DNA of 64,000 nt. It comes from Takakia lepidozioides. Taxonomy: Eukaryota; Plantae; Bryophyta. The notes under the pieces were generated by a model, which saw nothing but the letters and a program-made list of their open reading frames with translations, was not told the origin of the DNA and did not search any database. Position 1 is the stretch's first letter, and each line of letters opens with the position of its first letter. Position numbers and translations under genes: made by a program. The stretch lies in contig CM060732.1 in the NCBI GenBank assembly GCA_030704615.1, forward strand, positions 57,536,001 through 57,600,000, given 5' to 3'. Below are positions 24,552 to 36,300 of the stretch, in pieces.

Positions 24552-27190
24552 GAGTATTCCATGTCAAAGTGGTTTTTTTCAAGGAATCTTGCAGAAACCA
24601 CCTTCAATTCCCTCTGTACTTTTGAAATTGAGTGAAGTTTTCCATTTCAGAGGGTGATGTTCGAAAGAATATTTCAGGGAAACACCTTTCGATTCCCTCT
24701 ATCTTCTGGGAATTCAATCTTTTCCATGTCAATTTGGGCTTTTCCAAGGAATTTTGCAGATAAACTGACCAACATCTCCATACTTGATTCCCTCTATGTT
24801 TTCGAAATCCGATGGAGACTATGGGCCTTCACCACACATCTCTACAAGTACTCATTAAAAGACTGTCAGTCTACTGTACTCCAAGAGAAGCTCAAATCAT
24901 AGGGATCATTGTAACTGACTTAAAGAGGACAATGGACCCATAAATTCAAAACTGCCAGTGGGCAATACCAGCAGTAGATGTGACACTCATAGATATATAC
25001 ATGCATGGAGGCATGCAGGCATGCACGAGATATAGGTTGTGAATTTCCAAGTCACCATGGAGAAGTGGACAGAAAGACTGAGGCAGCTTAGGCCACCCAC
25101 AACAGGCCCGATGATTAATTAATAATCATCAAGAGCTATTAGAAGATCATATATTACATGAGCCATGTCTCCAGTTTTGGACAAAATGCAGGAATGGAAG
25201 GATGAATGATCTGCCATCCCTAAACTTATTGACAAAACAGCGCCACGCCAAGTGACCAAGTCGGCTTGCCCTATTGAAGGGGCACGGCTGCTTCGATTAA
25301 TGTTATCTAAGGGAGTGTTTTGGGGAAAAGCTGGAAAATCAGATTAAAAGTACAAACCTATTGTGTTCTTTCAAAGTCCTACTCCCCACCTTTCAGCTAC
25401 TTCAAAACTAATCATGCACAGTCTGTGCTCACTAGGCTATGCAACCGAAGTGTGATGTGCACCATTATCCTTTGCTTGGTTTTTCTCTGAAGAGGAAATG
25501 GGCAAGACTAGGATCAAAATTTAGTAGAAAACCTCTATGATGGAATACCTCAGCATAGCTAAGAAAAGCCATGTAGTCAAGAGGTCAATAAGACAAAAAA
25601 TTACAACTATCAAACCCGAGTATCAACGCTGGTATCAACCCTGGTATCACGGACCAAACCAGCTGAAGAAACCAAAATAGCAAACAAAGATGCCAAAGAG
25701 AAATCCTAACAGCCTCCTAGAGGTACAACCAAATCCTCGAGTCCATATATTGAGTACCCCATATGTCGTTGTAGGAGTCGAAATGTAAGAACTAACTTGT
25801 CGATTTTGCACCGTGTCTAGTAGTACTTTCTTGTCCATGGGAGTCAAGTTCTGTGCTTCATGTGGAGCTCAGAGAATGTGGGCTGCACAACCAGGAAAAT
25901 TTTGAAAAGCTTAAGGTGGTTGAGGACTCAGGACTCCAAGAGGAAGTCAACAAAGAGCGTCAATCTTGGATACAACGATTTTGGGCACATCAACGTTGAC
26001 GAAAAACAAAGAGTTGTTGGTTGAGTCCACAACATGTGAGAAGAGTAAGTGATTAATAGATAGTTGTTTAAAACTGCGGTGATTTTTGCAATGTGTTTGA
26101 TATTCTTAATGGTGGCAATTTACCTTTATTGGTTTTCAGTCTTGTAATAGCAAAGAGATGAGATAAAGGGGAGTAGGGATGAGGCTGTTGTTATGATTTT
26201 AGCCTGTGACTTCTGCAGTACTTCCACACTGAAGCTTCCACATTTTATGATCCATATGCTTTCACGGAAGATAAGCATATCAGGTGAAAAACGAACAAGT
26301 TTGCGTGAATGGACGGCTTTGTCAAAGCTTGTCTAGACAACTGTTGAGTATTGGATTTAACACTCTATCATGGGGATTGAAAATGCATGAGCGGTGAGCG
26401 GTGAGCATGAGCGGAGGATTTCGAACCTTGCCCGAACCTACACCGAACCACAAGTATAGAACTGAACACGTAGATCCCGACATCCCCGCGCACCGACTTC
26501 CCCATACATAAAAGGGACAATTTGGGATTTTGTAAAAGTCCACGGAAATAGGGGTTTCAACACCTATAGTCGTGCCCAAAGTTTGGCCGTTATAGTCGGC
26601 ACCGACTACAACACAGCAGGCCAATTTGGGGTAAAACACCTTTACCCGTACCAAGCTTACGGGTGTTTTGTGTTCACCAACGACTACAGAAAGCATACGA
26701 AATTAGGAGGGTAATCGTCATCGAATTAATTCAATTACAATGTGGCAAACAAAACTTGGTTACTGTTATAGATGGCACCGAGTAGGTGACACGCGCTGGA
26801 TGAACAAACTGAAGAACCATATGAGGAATGTAGATGAGCGAAGGTACTGCATTGAAGGCACAGAATATAGTCGGTGCCGACTTCATGCACTTAAGTTAAA
26901 TGTGGCAACTGAGTGGAGTCTCTATTTGAAACTCCATACAGTGCATTGCCTACCCATGGCTGTTAGTTTTGGAGGAGATCAGAAAGCATTCAAAGAACGA
27001 GTGTGGGTTGCCTTGACCACTGCACCATCATCTCAAGATCATGGAAGCTGTTGAAGCAGCGTAAAAGAGAAATTGTAATCCGCAATATTGAAATCTGTGC
27101 ACATCATTGGATGATGCCAAACAGTTGAAGGTGACACAGAAAAGCTTAGTGTCTACTCAGTGATAATTGGGGCCCCACTAAGTACTAGAG

Positions 27191-28486
27191 TGATGACACC
27201 ATGATCGGCCACGATAGACAGTCGTCACTATGGTAACCAAGGACAAGGGTCGCAAACTAACATTGTCTTTACCTTATTTATGGAGAGATTAAGGCGGTTG
27301 ATGTCCTCCGAGTCTTCCCGCATTTTCAGGCGGCGCAACAAAATATAGTATATGTGCTTGCAATGGGTGTATGTGTTAGAGGGTTGTCTGGCACTTAGAC
27401 AGTTTTACGGGTTCTATGGGGTACCCTTATTTTTACGCAGACTTAAGGGTAGTAGACTCAGACAGACACGCCTTAGGGGTGGCAGACAGGCTCACACAGT
27501 CAACAGTCACAGGCTTACATAGCCTATCACAACCTATCACAGCCTATCACAGTAAGTCACAACCTTACACAGCTTATCACAGCCTGTCACAGTCAGACAC
27601 AGCCCGTCATAGTGACATAGTCAGTCACAGTCTGACACGGCCAGTCACAGCCCGACATAGCTTGGCACAGTCATCACAACGTTCACAAGGAACTGTCATC
27701 ATGGGAGGGAACGACTGTGTGGGAACGACATCTGCAGAGGGAACGTACAATCAGTCTTGGATGGCAGTTCTGAGTTAGTTAGTTAGGTGGTTAGAACAGC
27801 TTGGAGGTAGAATAGATAGAACAGCTTGGAGGTAGAATAGAACAACGTTCACAAGGAACTGTCATCATGGGAGGGAACGACTGTGTGGGAACGACATCTG
27901 CAGAGGGAACGTACAATCAGTCTTGGATGGCAGTTCTGAGTTAGTTAGTTAGGTGGTTAGAACAGCTTGGAGGTAGAATAGGCAGAGTAGCTACATGGAG
28001 GGGATCACTTCTTGGATCACGACGAGCATCAGGGGAAGCACGATCTTGAGCGCAAGAATGGAGAGTACGGTGAAGGAGGAGAGACGATCTGTTGATGCTT
28101 GATACATACAAGCTAATAGTAGATTACTTGTAGGGCAGAATAGAGACACCATGGCTTCGGCTTGATATACAATAGATATAAATCTGATTCATATTTCATA
28201 CTCACACTATGTAGAGAGATCTGAGTGAAGCTGTGGAATGAATGCTTGAGTAGATGGAACATGGTAGATTGCAGAAGCAATCTGATACTTAATCATAGTC
28301 AGTAAGGTAACTTGCTAAACATAATGTAAGAAGGAATAGATATATAAAAGCAACCCCATGATACACTAACTGTAGGTCATGACTGATTGTTCTGAGCGGG
28401 ATGAGTACTTAGAGATATCCAACTCTTCTATCTTGGAGTTTCCACCTCGGATAGCTAAGGGATGGGTGAGTAAAAGCCGCTCAACA
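27191..28486 (+). repeat. Putative 5' LTR (~1.3 kb) of a second Gypsy family
   Basis: TGATGA...TCAACA termini followed by TTTGGCTAC (PBS-like, same context as AACA-TTTGGCGACC at 32756); internal CACAGCCTAT-type microrepeats (27495-27660) and a ~165-bp direct duplication (27676-27980). Confidence 0.6.
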
Positions 28487-29060
28487 TTTGGCTACTGGTG
28501 AACTGAGTCAAGAACAACCAGATGTGACAGGCATCTGGTGGAATCATGGTGGATGAAGAATCAAGGAATTTGATGGAAATCAAATTCCTTGTGAAACTGA
28601 GAAAGAAAGATTGTCCAAACAATTCCTTTCCAGAGGTTCTTGGAATTGCCCAACGGTTTTTGTAAGAAAACATTCTTAAGAGAGTTGCATGATGTTTGAT
28701 CCCGAGTGGGTCTGGAGAAAGGAGTGATAAGATTTATCAAGTGTCCTGTAAAGGAGAGTTAGTTGGTTGCCAACATTGGTTTATGTGATAGCGTTGTTAT
28801 CCATTAAACGGGTGGAGTTTGAAGGCTGGGAGGAACAGAAAGTTGATGTTTTTACTCATATGCATGAAGAACTTGTACCGGTAAAGAATTGGATTCCCAA
28901 GGATATCTTGGTGGATCAACCTTACACCGAACAGCTTTTTTCAGACCTGTTTGCCATATGGGTATATGGTTAACGGAGCCTTCTCGAACTAGCCAAAGGT
29001 CACATTAAAGCTTGAAAGAAATCGAGGCATATACGAGAGATACTACAGGAGAGAAGTTTT
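28487..29060 (+). mobile_element. Degenerate 5' internal ORF of the second Gypsy element
   Basis: 'GLEKGVIRF..WLPTLVYVIALLSIKRVEF..VKNWIPKDIL' homologous to 32758-33200 'WGLKGGVISI..WLSRLALLITLIPIRKVCY..VEYWIPKDLL'. Confidence 0.6.
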
Positions 29061-29466
29061 TGGATATTACCTCATCAAGAAACGTGAAAGATATGGGTCA
29101 TGAGGTGAATGAAAAGGGAAGCTAGACTCCACAGATATTAATTGAAAAGGGAAATCTATTTAAAAACTAATTATCTGTATCTTTGGTAGAAGGGAATAGA
29201 TATAGGGGAGTCATCTGGGGCCTTCTCACACCAACCAAAGACCAAAAAGTTTCATCACCCATACCTGAAGATTCTAATTTGTAGATATCACACCTATTTA
29301 TTCTTTACAAGAGAGATTAAAGAGAATCTGGTGGAAAAGAAAGATCACGTACAAGGGGAAAGATCTAAAAGGAATCCCTGGATTAAGGATTTGACATAAT
29401 CTTTTATCAAAGTTGGCACGGTAACAGTACCACAAAACCCCAGAGCAGGAACACCAATTTTCTGAT

Positions 29467-29876
29467 ACACAGAGATACGTTCGAATAGCATGGCGTACTT
29501 CAGAGCTGCGTCACATCATCATAGAAGTAACACAGAAATCACTTCCACGGCTCACGGTTACTACACTACCCCCTTACTGCTCTCGTGGTAATGTACCCTT
29601 GTCCCGCCATTGGCTAAGTACCGCGTACTTAGCCGTCTCTGCCTGTGGCTCAGGTAGTGTATGTCCATCACTACCAAGTATGTCCCGTTGCGACCCTCAT
29701 TGATTGTCCCTCGTAGCATAGCTGTTATCATGTACGCTCATCACTACCCAGTATGTCCCGTTGCGACCCTCGTTGTCTGTCCCTCGTAGCATAGCCGTTA
29801 TCATGTACGCCCATCACTACCCAGTATGTCCCGTTGCGACCCTCGTTGTCTGTCCCTCGTAGCATAGCCGTTATCA
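29467..29876 (-). repeat. Inverted, internally deleted LTR of the main Gypsy family with its first 73 bp triplicated
   Basis: Reverse complement matches 42062-42250 and 42506-42580; TGATAA start at 29876 preceded by PPT-like AAGAGGGGTT; TTATCA recurs at 29725, 29798, 29871. Confidence 0.85.
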
Positions 29877-31299
29877 AACCCCTCTTAAAATACCCATACC
29901 AGGGACCAACAGTCCCTGGCGGGGTCCGTCGCAATATCTAGCGGTTAAAACCAATACCCCGCAGCTACGCTAGCCGCCGCCGATGCGGGTCCATTGGGTA
30001 ATAGCAGGCTCCGTCGTCTCTGCCGCTCGTGTCGTACCTTTGCGGGCCCAGCTATGGCGATTGGTGATGCCACGCAGTGTACCAGCAACCCGTATTTTGC
30101 TCCAGGGGTCAACTCCCCCCACGGGGGAAGGCCGCGCCACCCGTGTTAGATGCGCCTTTCCATGGCGATTCTAGGAAACCTCCTTGGTCCCTCCGCCTAG
30201 AGGCGCCTAAGGCGCCGGCATTATAGCTGAACCACTTATAAAACTAGTTCGCACTGCTTCCCATGGTCCTCCATGGCCAAGGGGCTTATGAACATCATAA
30301 TATGGAAATTTTGGCGATAGCTTTGCCGTCTCATGCAATATGGCCGTTGCCACTAAGCTAGAAATGGAAATTTGACAAGAGCTTCGTCCTCCTCTGCAAG
30401 CGCGCCCTCTCCTTAAACTTAATAATGGACATCTACCCTCACTTCCATGACGTAATTGGGTTAGATTCCTAAGGCCATATCTCTTGGGGCTTTACACTTG
30501 TACTCTTCACACATGCACATAAAGATGCACACACCTCCTCTTTGAAATAGGGTTAGTTTTTATAGATTTCTAGCAAGCAATGTTATAAGGTCCCTTCTTA
30601 GAACAAGCTTAAACAACAAATGGAACAATTGAGTTCAAAGGTCAAGATAGTATGGTAAGGCACCCTCTGAAACAAGTGGGTTAGGGATGCACTAAATCGT
30701 TCGGTAGAATGGTACTCAAATCTGGTCCTCCTCCGGCCTCCTATAAAATGCAAAACTAGAGCAAATCAACCTGTTTTTAGGTGCAAAATAGTCCATAGCT
30801 CTCAATCCCTAAGATCTAGTCCATATAAAAAAATGGTTTGGGTTGGATTTAAAATGACAAACCCCTAGTGTGTTTTCCGTTGTGTCTTGCATGAGTGGAC
30901 ATGATGTGGTGTTTTTTCAGTCCTAAATTATAATGTAACATCTGCACTCCATAGTATCACTTTAAAGTCCCGGGCTCTCTGGTTACTAAGTTGGTTTTGG
31001 CAATCTAACAATTGGTATACATACCTATTGTAGTTAGAAACCCCACACTACATAAATTTAGATGAAATATTGAGTTGTTGGACAAATATGGGTAAAATCA
31101 ATGAATGAGTCACTGCAGAAACTGCAATGTTACGCAAAAACTGAGACACCCAATCCAACAAATACCCAATGGTTATCCATCTTACAGATGGCACATTGCT
31201 CTTCTACTTCATATTTTCCATCTTACAGATGGCACAGTGCTTCTAACTTCATATGGCAACTCAGTGATGGCACAGTATGGCAACTCATTTTGGCATTTT

Positions 31300-32420
31300 G
31301 AGCACTAGGCTCCCTTCCTCCAATGGGTTGCAGCCTCTGTTGCATATTTCTACAAGATTTCTTCCAATCTCTTTTCATAGTTGTCATTCTTCAACTTTTC
31401 CTTCTTCTTGTTCTTCATCTTGAACTCTTGCTCTTCATCATCATCCTTTTTTTTCCTTCCTGAGCATTCCTAATTGCTCAATTCTGTTGGCTATTTCGAA
31501 TGCTTCCTCCACTATATGATGGGGTAGCATATCCACTTTCTTTTGTAATTCCGGTCTTAGTCCACTCACAAACCAAGTCTTCTGTAATCCTGCTGCTGGC
31601 ACAGTAGCCAGCTTTCTTATCATTAACTTCATCTTCTTCATGTATTCCTCAACAGTTTTATGCTTCTTCTGTCTCAACTGTTGTATGCTACTATACACTT
31701 CGTCCTAAGTTTTGTTTGTCTTGAATCTGTTCCGGAATGTTGTGTTAAGGTCATCCCAGGTTTGAAAATGGTCATTAGGAAATTGAGCATACCATTTACT
31801 TGCCTTCTTGATAAATGAAAATGGGAATAGTCTTAACTTTGAGTCGTCATCATTCTCATTGTTCACTATGCACATTTTCTCAAACTGATTTGACATGTAC
31901 ATCTGGATTCATTTTCCCTCCATAGATTGGGAAAAGGTGGTTTCGCTCGAGTTAGGGCTACTGCCGCCATCTGTGGCCCAACTCCCTGCCCTGTGGCAGG
32001 TGCTGGTCTTTGGGGACCTGCTGTGGTTGTGGTTGAACTCCCACCAGGTGCTGGCCCCTAAGCACTTCCTGCTACTGGCCCCCATATATTTGCAGTACCC
32101 CCAGTACCAGTTGCACTACTTCCCACACTCCCTGTCCCCCCAGAGCCAGATCCAAGCTGACTGCCTGATCCCCATGAGCCGACACCTGTGTTGACCTGTG
32201 ATCCAGGTCACAAGGGAGGTTGGATGTCCTTGGATGTAGTCTCAACTCAACTTTGGGTCACGTATACCTTCGTCTTCCAAGTTCTTCTCTTTGGTTTTCA
32301 TCTTCGAAGTTTCTTTATCTGGATTATTTTTTTTCCTCACTCATATAACTCAACTGAAGTGGTGTTGGAGTGTCTGAATTCTCTGATGGCCTTCTTTCAT
32401 CCTCCTCCCTCTCATTAGCT
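31300..32420 (-). mobile_element. Gypsy gag remnant of a third, inverted element
   Basis: 'QFEKMC..KLRLFPFS..ASKWY..FQTWDDL..F..RF', 'LRQKKHKTVEEY..KTWFVSGLRPE' (retrotransposon gag) homologous to 34000-34400. Confidence 0.85.
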
Positions 32421-32421
32421 T

Positions 32422-32756
32422 TGTAGAGTGAACATGAGATGGTGAGAATGTGTATCATCTTAGAATAGTTCTTGTTTTCTCTTTACTACCATCTGCTTGT
32501 ATGAACCAAGAGGCTTCAGTCCTTTCAACTAAGATCTTTTATGCTTAAGAGACTGTAGATTGGTTTTAATCAATAGGATTAAGCAGTCTGCAAGGATATG
32601 GCTTCATCCGACGTTCATGGTTTAGCTATCCTTAAAACGATTACTCCATAATCGTTTCTGAAAGCATACCGTCGGACAACCTCTTTTGCATGTCTTAGGA
32701 AATGGGCAGTAGTGTTAATAGCCTATTTTGTCTAAGTCATAAACCAGCGGTTAACA
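32422..32756 (+). repeat. 5' LTR (3' 335 bp only)
   Basis: Matches 42577-42911 with 12 substitutions counted by eye; ends TTAACA before the PBS. Confidence 0.92.
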
Positions 32757-33391
32757 TTTGGCGACCATACTAGGGACTAACGGTATGTTGAGTTCAAAAG
32801 TACTCAAAGAAGGATGGTTACTCAGTGATTTCGTGAAATCACGACAGAACGAGTCAACAGAAGCAAAGGAATGGAAAACATTCCTGGAAAATTTTCATGG
32901 TTTACCAAGAGCAATACAACAGAAAATCTTTCTGTCAGTCGTGAAAGAAGATGACAAATGGGGATTGAAGGGAGGAGTGATCAGTATTACACGAGCACCT
33001 TGGGAATGTAGGATTAGAAGTGAAGAGTGGTTGTCTCGTCTAGCTCTATTGATTACTCTAATCCCAATCAGAAAAGTTTGTTACACTAGTTATATTTTCA
33101 GATAAAGATGTTCAAATTATGAATATTGTCACACGATCATAGAAGCAGTGGAGTACTGGATACCCAAAGACTTATTGCAAGTCAGATACACTGTAAAAGA
33201 CAGATGGTATTATTGTGCCCATTAAAAAGTTTGATGATCAATCAGTAAAAAAGAAAATTAAGTTGTAATACGGATTCTTGCAAGATAGGATGAGTCTTGA
33301 AGAAAGGGTAGAGACACTATAAATTTTCTTTACTGACATACCAAGATTGTGTTAAAGGGTACTGAAAAGGAATTCTACATATGATGTGGGA

Positions 33392-36300
33392 ATGAATGAG
33401 GAAATTAAAGAAAAAGCTAAACAAGACAGAGCTGAACGAATAGGGAAATATGCTGCAGGAAGGGAGGCTCGGTTAAGAGAACAGTTCCCAGAATTACAGA
33501 ACTTGAAAATTATTCAAGGTGAGACATTAAACAGTGATAAACCAAAAGATCAGGAAATCGGATCGGTGGGAAGTGGGAACACTACACCAGAAGAAGTTGC
33601 CAGTAATGTACTTGGTGAATGGTTACCACAAGAAAGATCTGAAGGACCTTCTACAGCAACAAGCCCAAATAGAGGTTTTGCTGAAATATTAGAGGAAAGA
33701 TTTGAGAACATTTTGAGTGAAGAAGGTGAAAGAAGTGAAAGCACTTCTCCAGAAAGGATAACCAGAACTGCACTCAAAGCTTTTAAAGATTCATTAAGCT
33801 TAGTAGGGACAACAGCTGGGAGACGACTATCATTGGGACAAGGACCTCCTAGCTTTGAATCACTGTTTGGAAGACAAACACCAACACCACCACAGCCAGC
33901 AGCAGCGGGACCATCCCAGTTTGGACAACCAGTTGCACCAGCTACACCGACGGCTTTAGCAGCAAGCAAAACCAGACCACCATTTCTTTTATATGATGGG
34001 AAATCTGATCCAGATATCCATCTTAATCAATTTGAAAACATGTGCACCATTTACAATGAAGCAATAGACCAAGAGAAGATCCGACTATTTCCTTGTTCAA
34101 TGGCCCGAAAAGGCATTGAATGGTTGGCAACTTTCCCAGCCAATCACTTTGCGAATTAGGCGGATATGAGAGCCGCGTTTCAAGAAAGATATAGATCCAA
34201 CAAATCCACGTTTGAAATCTTCACAGGATTACAGAACCTAAGACAGAAAAAGAAAGAATTGGTAGTCGACTACCTGGAGAGAATAAAGACTCTGATCAGG
34301 AAACTACCTCAAGCACCAGGGGATGATTTGCAAAAATCATGGTTCATCAATGGACTTCGTCCTGAATACGTTACCATGATTACAGTCATGCCTAACAACA
34401 CTTTGGCTGAAACAGTAGGGATTGCAAAGAAGTTGGAATTGGGATTCCATCAGAGCAGAAGTAAAGATTCCAAGGATCTCTTGGAAGAAGAAGACTCTGA
34501 TGATGAAGAAAAGCCCAAGCAAAAGAAGAAAGAAGTGATTGACAAAACCACCTTGGATCAGAAGATAGCCGAGGCTATCAAGAATTTTAAAGATGAAGGG
34601 CCACGAAAGGCAACATGGTGTCACAAATGCGGGACTGCAGGACACCTGGCAACAGAATGCCATATGAAGGACAAATACTGTGATATTTGTCATATGAACA
34701 ATCATAATACCAGCCATTGTATTTACAACCAACGGGCCAAGAAGACTGGGTACACACGAGAGGTGGGGGTACACCAAGTCCAAATCCAACGGGGAGGATC
34801 GGACGAACCAAGACGATACAACATGGGTAATCGTTATCAGAGACCACGAAATGAATATCCACCAAGGGATAGGGAACATCAACCCAGAAACAAAGAAAGC
34901 ACGAGATGCCACTATTGCAAGAAAGAGGGACACTAGAAACATGAATGCCAGTTGCGAATCAAGCATGAGGCAGAAGTGGGAAATGTGGAAGCCGGACCAA
35001 GTGTAGCCGTAAGTGTGGTAACCCCTGTAGTGGATACTCTTGCGGTAACCCAAACTTAGGCCAAGAAACAGAAACCTCCAGATAAGGAGATTGAAGAAGA
35101 ACGGAAACAATATCCAGAAAGTGCAGCATGGTAGGAGGAAAAGAGCTTACACCAGGAAGTAAGTAAAACCATAGCTCAAATGCAAGAGGGAACCCATATA
35201 CCTTTTGGAGAGCCAACTCCAGATAAGCAAATCAGACCAACGGTGAAGACCATGAATACAACCACGGAAACAGAATTGGCCGAAGTAATCTGCCAGACCA
35301 AGACCCAAATTACCATTGGACAATTATTAAAAATTGCTCCACCCTGTAAGAAAACTTTATTTCGGGCGATCGAGGCATTGACCCCCACACCAAAACAAAA
35401 ACCAACACCAGAGGTTTACCCGATTAAACCCACAACTATACGACAAACTCCAGATTACGACGAAGCAGTACCCGTAATACAAGTACGTATTGGACGGAAG
35501 ATGGTAACAAATGTACTCATCGATGGAGGATCAGGAGTGAATATCATGACATAAAAGATGAAGAAGTCATTAGGATTGGGGCACATGGAACCTGCTCCAT
35601 TCACGGTACGAATGGCTGATCAACGAAAAGTGTAGCCATTGGGGATCATCAGACGACTTGCAATGGAAGTAGCAGGACTGGTATACGAAATATCAGTAAC
35701 CATTCTGAGAATGGAGGATGTGGCAGAGGGATATTCACTACTACTTGGCTGACCATGGTTAACACAAGCCCAATCACAACACGATTGGGGAAGTCAGACT
35801 CTCACAATAAAAAAGGGAGCAGAACAAGTCACCATCACGACGAAGCAACGAGGTACCATTCCACGAGAGAAATGACCTTGCATAGTGGAAGAATATGATT
35901 GGTCCAGTGGACTGTCGGATGAAGAAGAAGCCACAGTATACGCAGCACATCCACAGTTGGAACCTATTGGACAACTGGTGGTCAAGCATACCACAACAGT
36001 AGGATGTCACATGGTGAACACCCAAGGAGAACCAAATACTTCGAGAACTGAAGATCCAGAGGAAGCAGCGATGGACACACCTCAACACCCGGCCCGGTTC
36101 TATCAAGAAAGGGAAGAAGACATTCAAATCAGTGAAGTACCTGCCACAATTGCAACCATCGGACAAGAGATTGCAGGATGGACAGTAACGGAAGAAACTC
36201 AATTGATTCAAGTGAATCTGGGAACAGTGGAAGAACCACAGATAATACGAGTAAGTGCAGGTCTTGAAGAATCATTTCTACAAGAAGCCACCGCATTATT

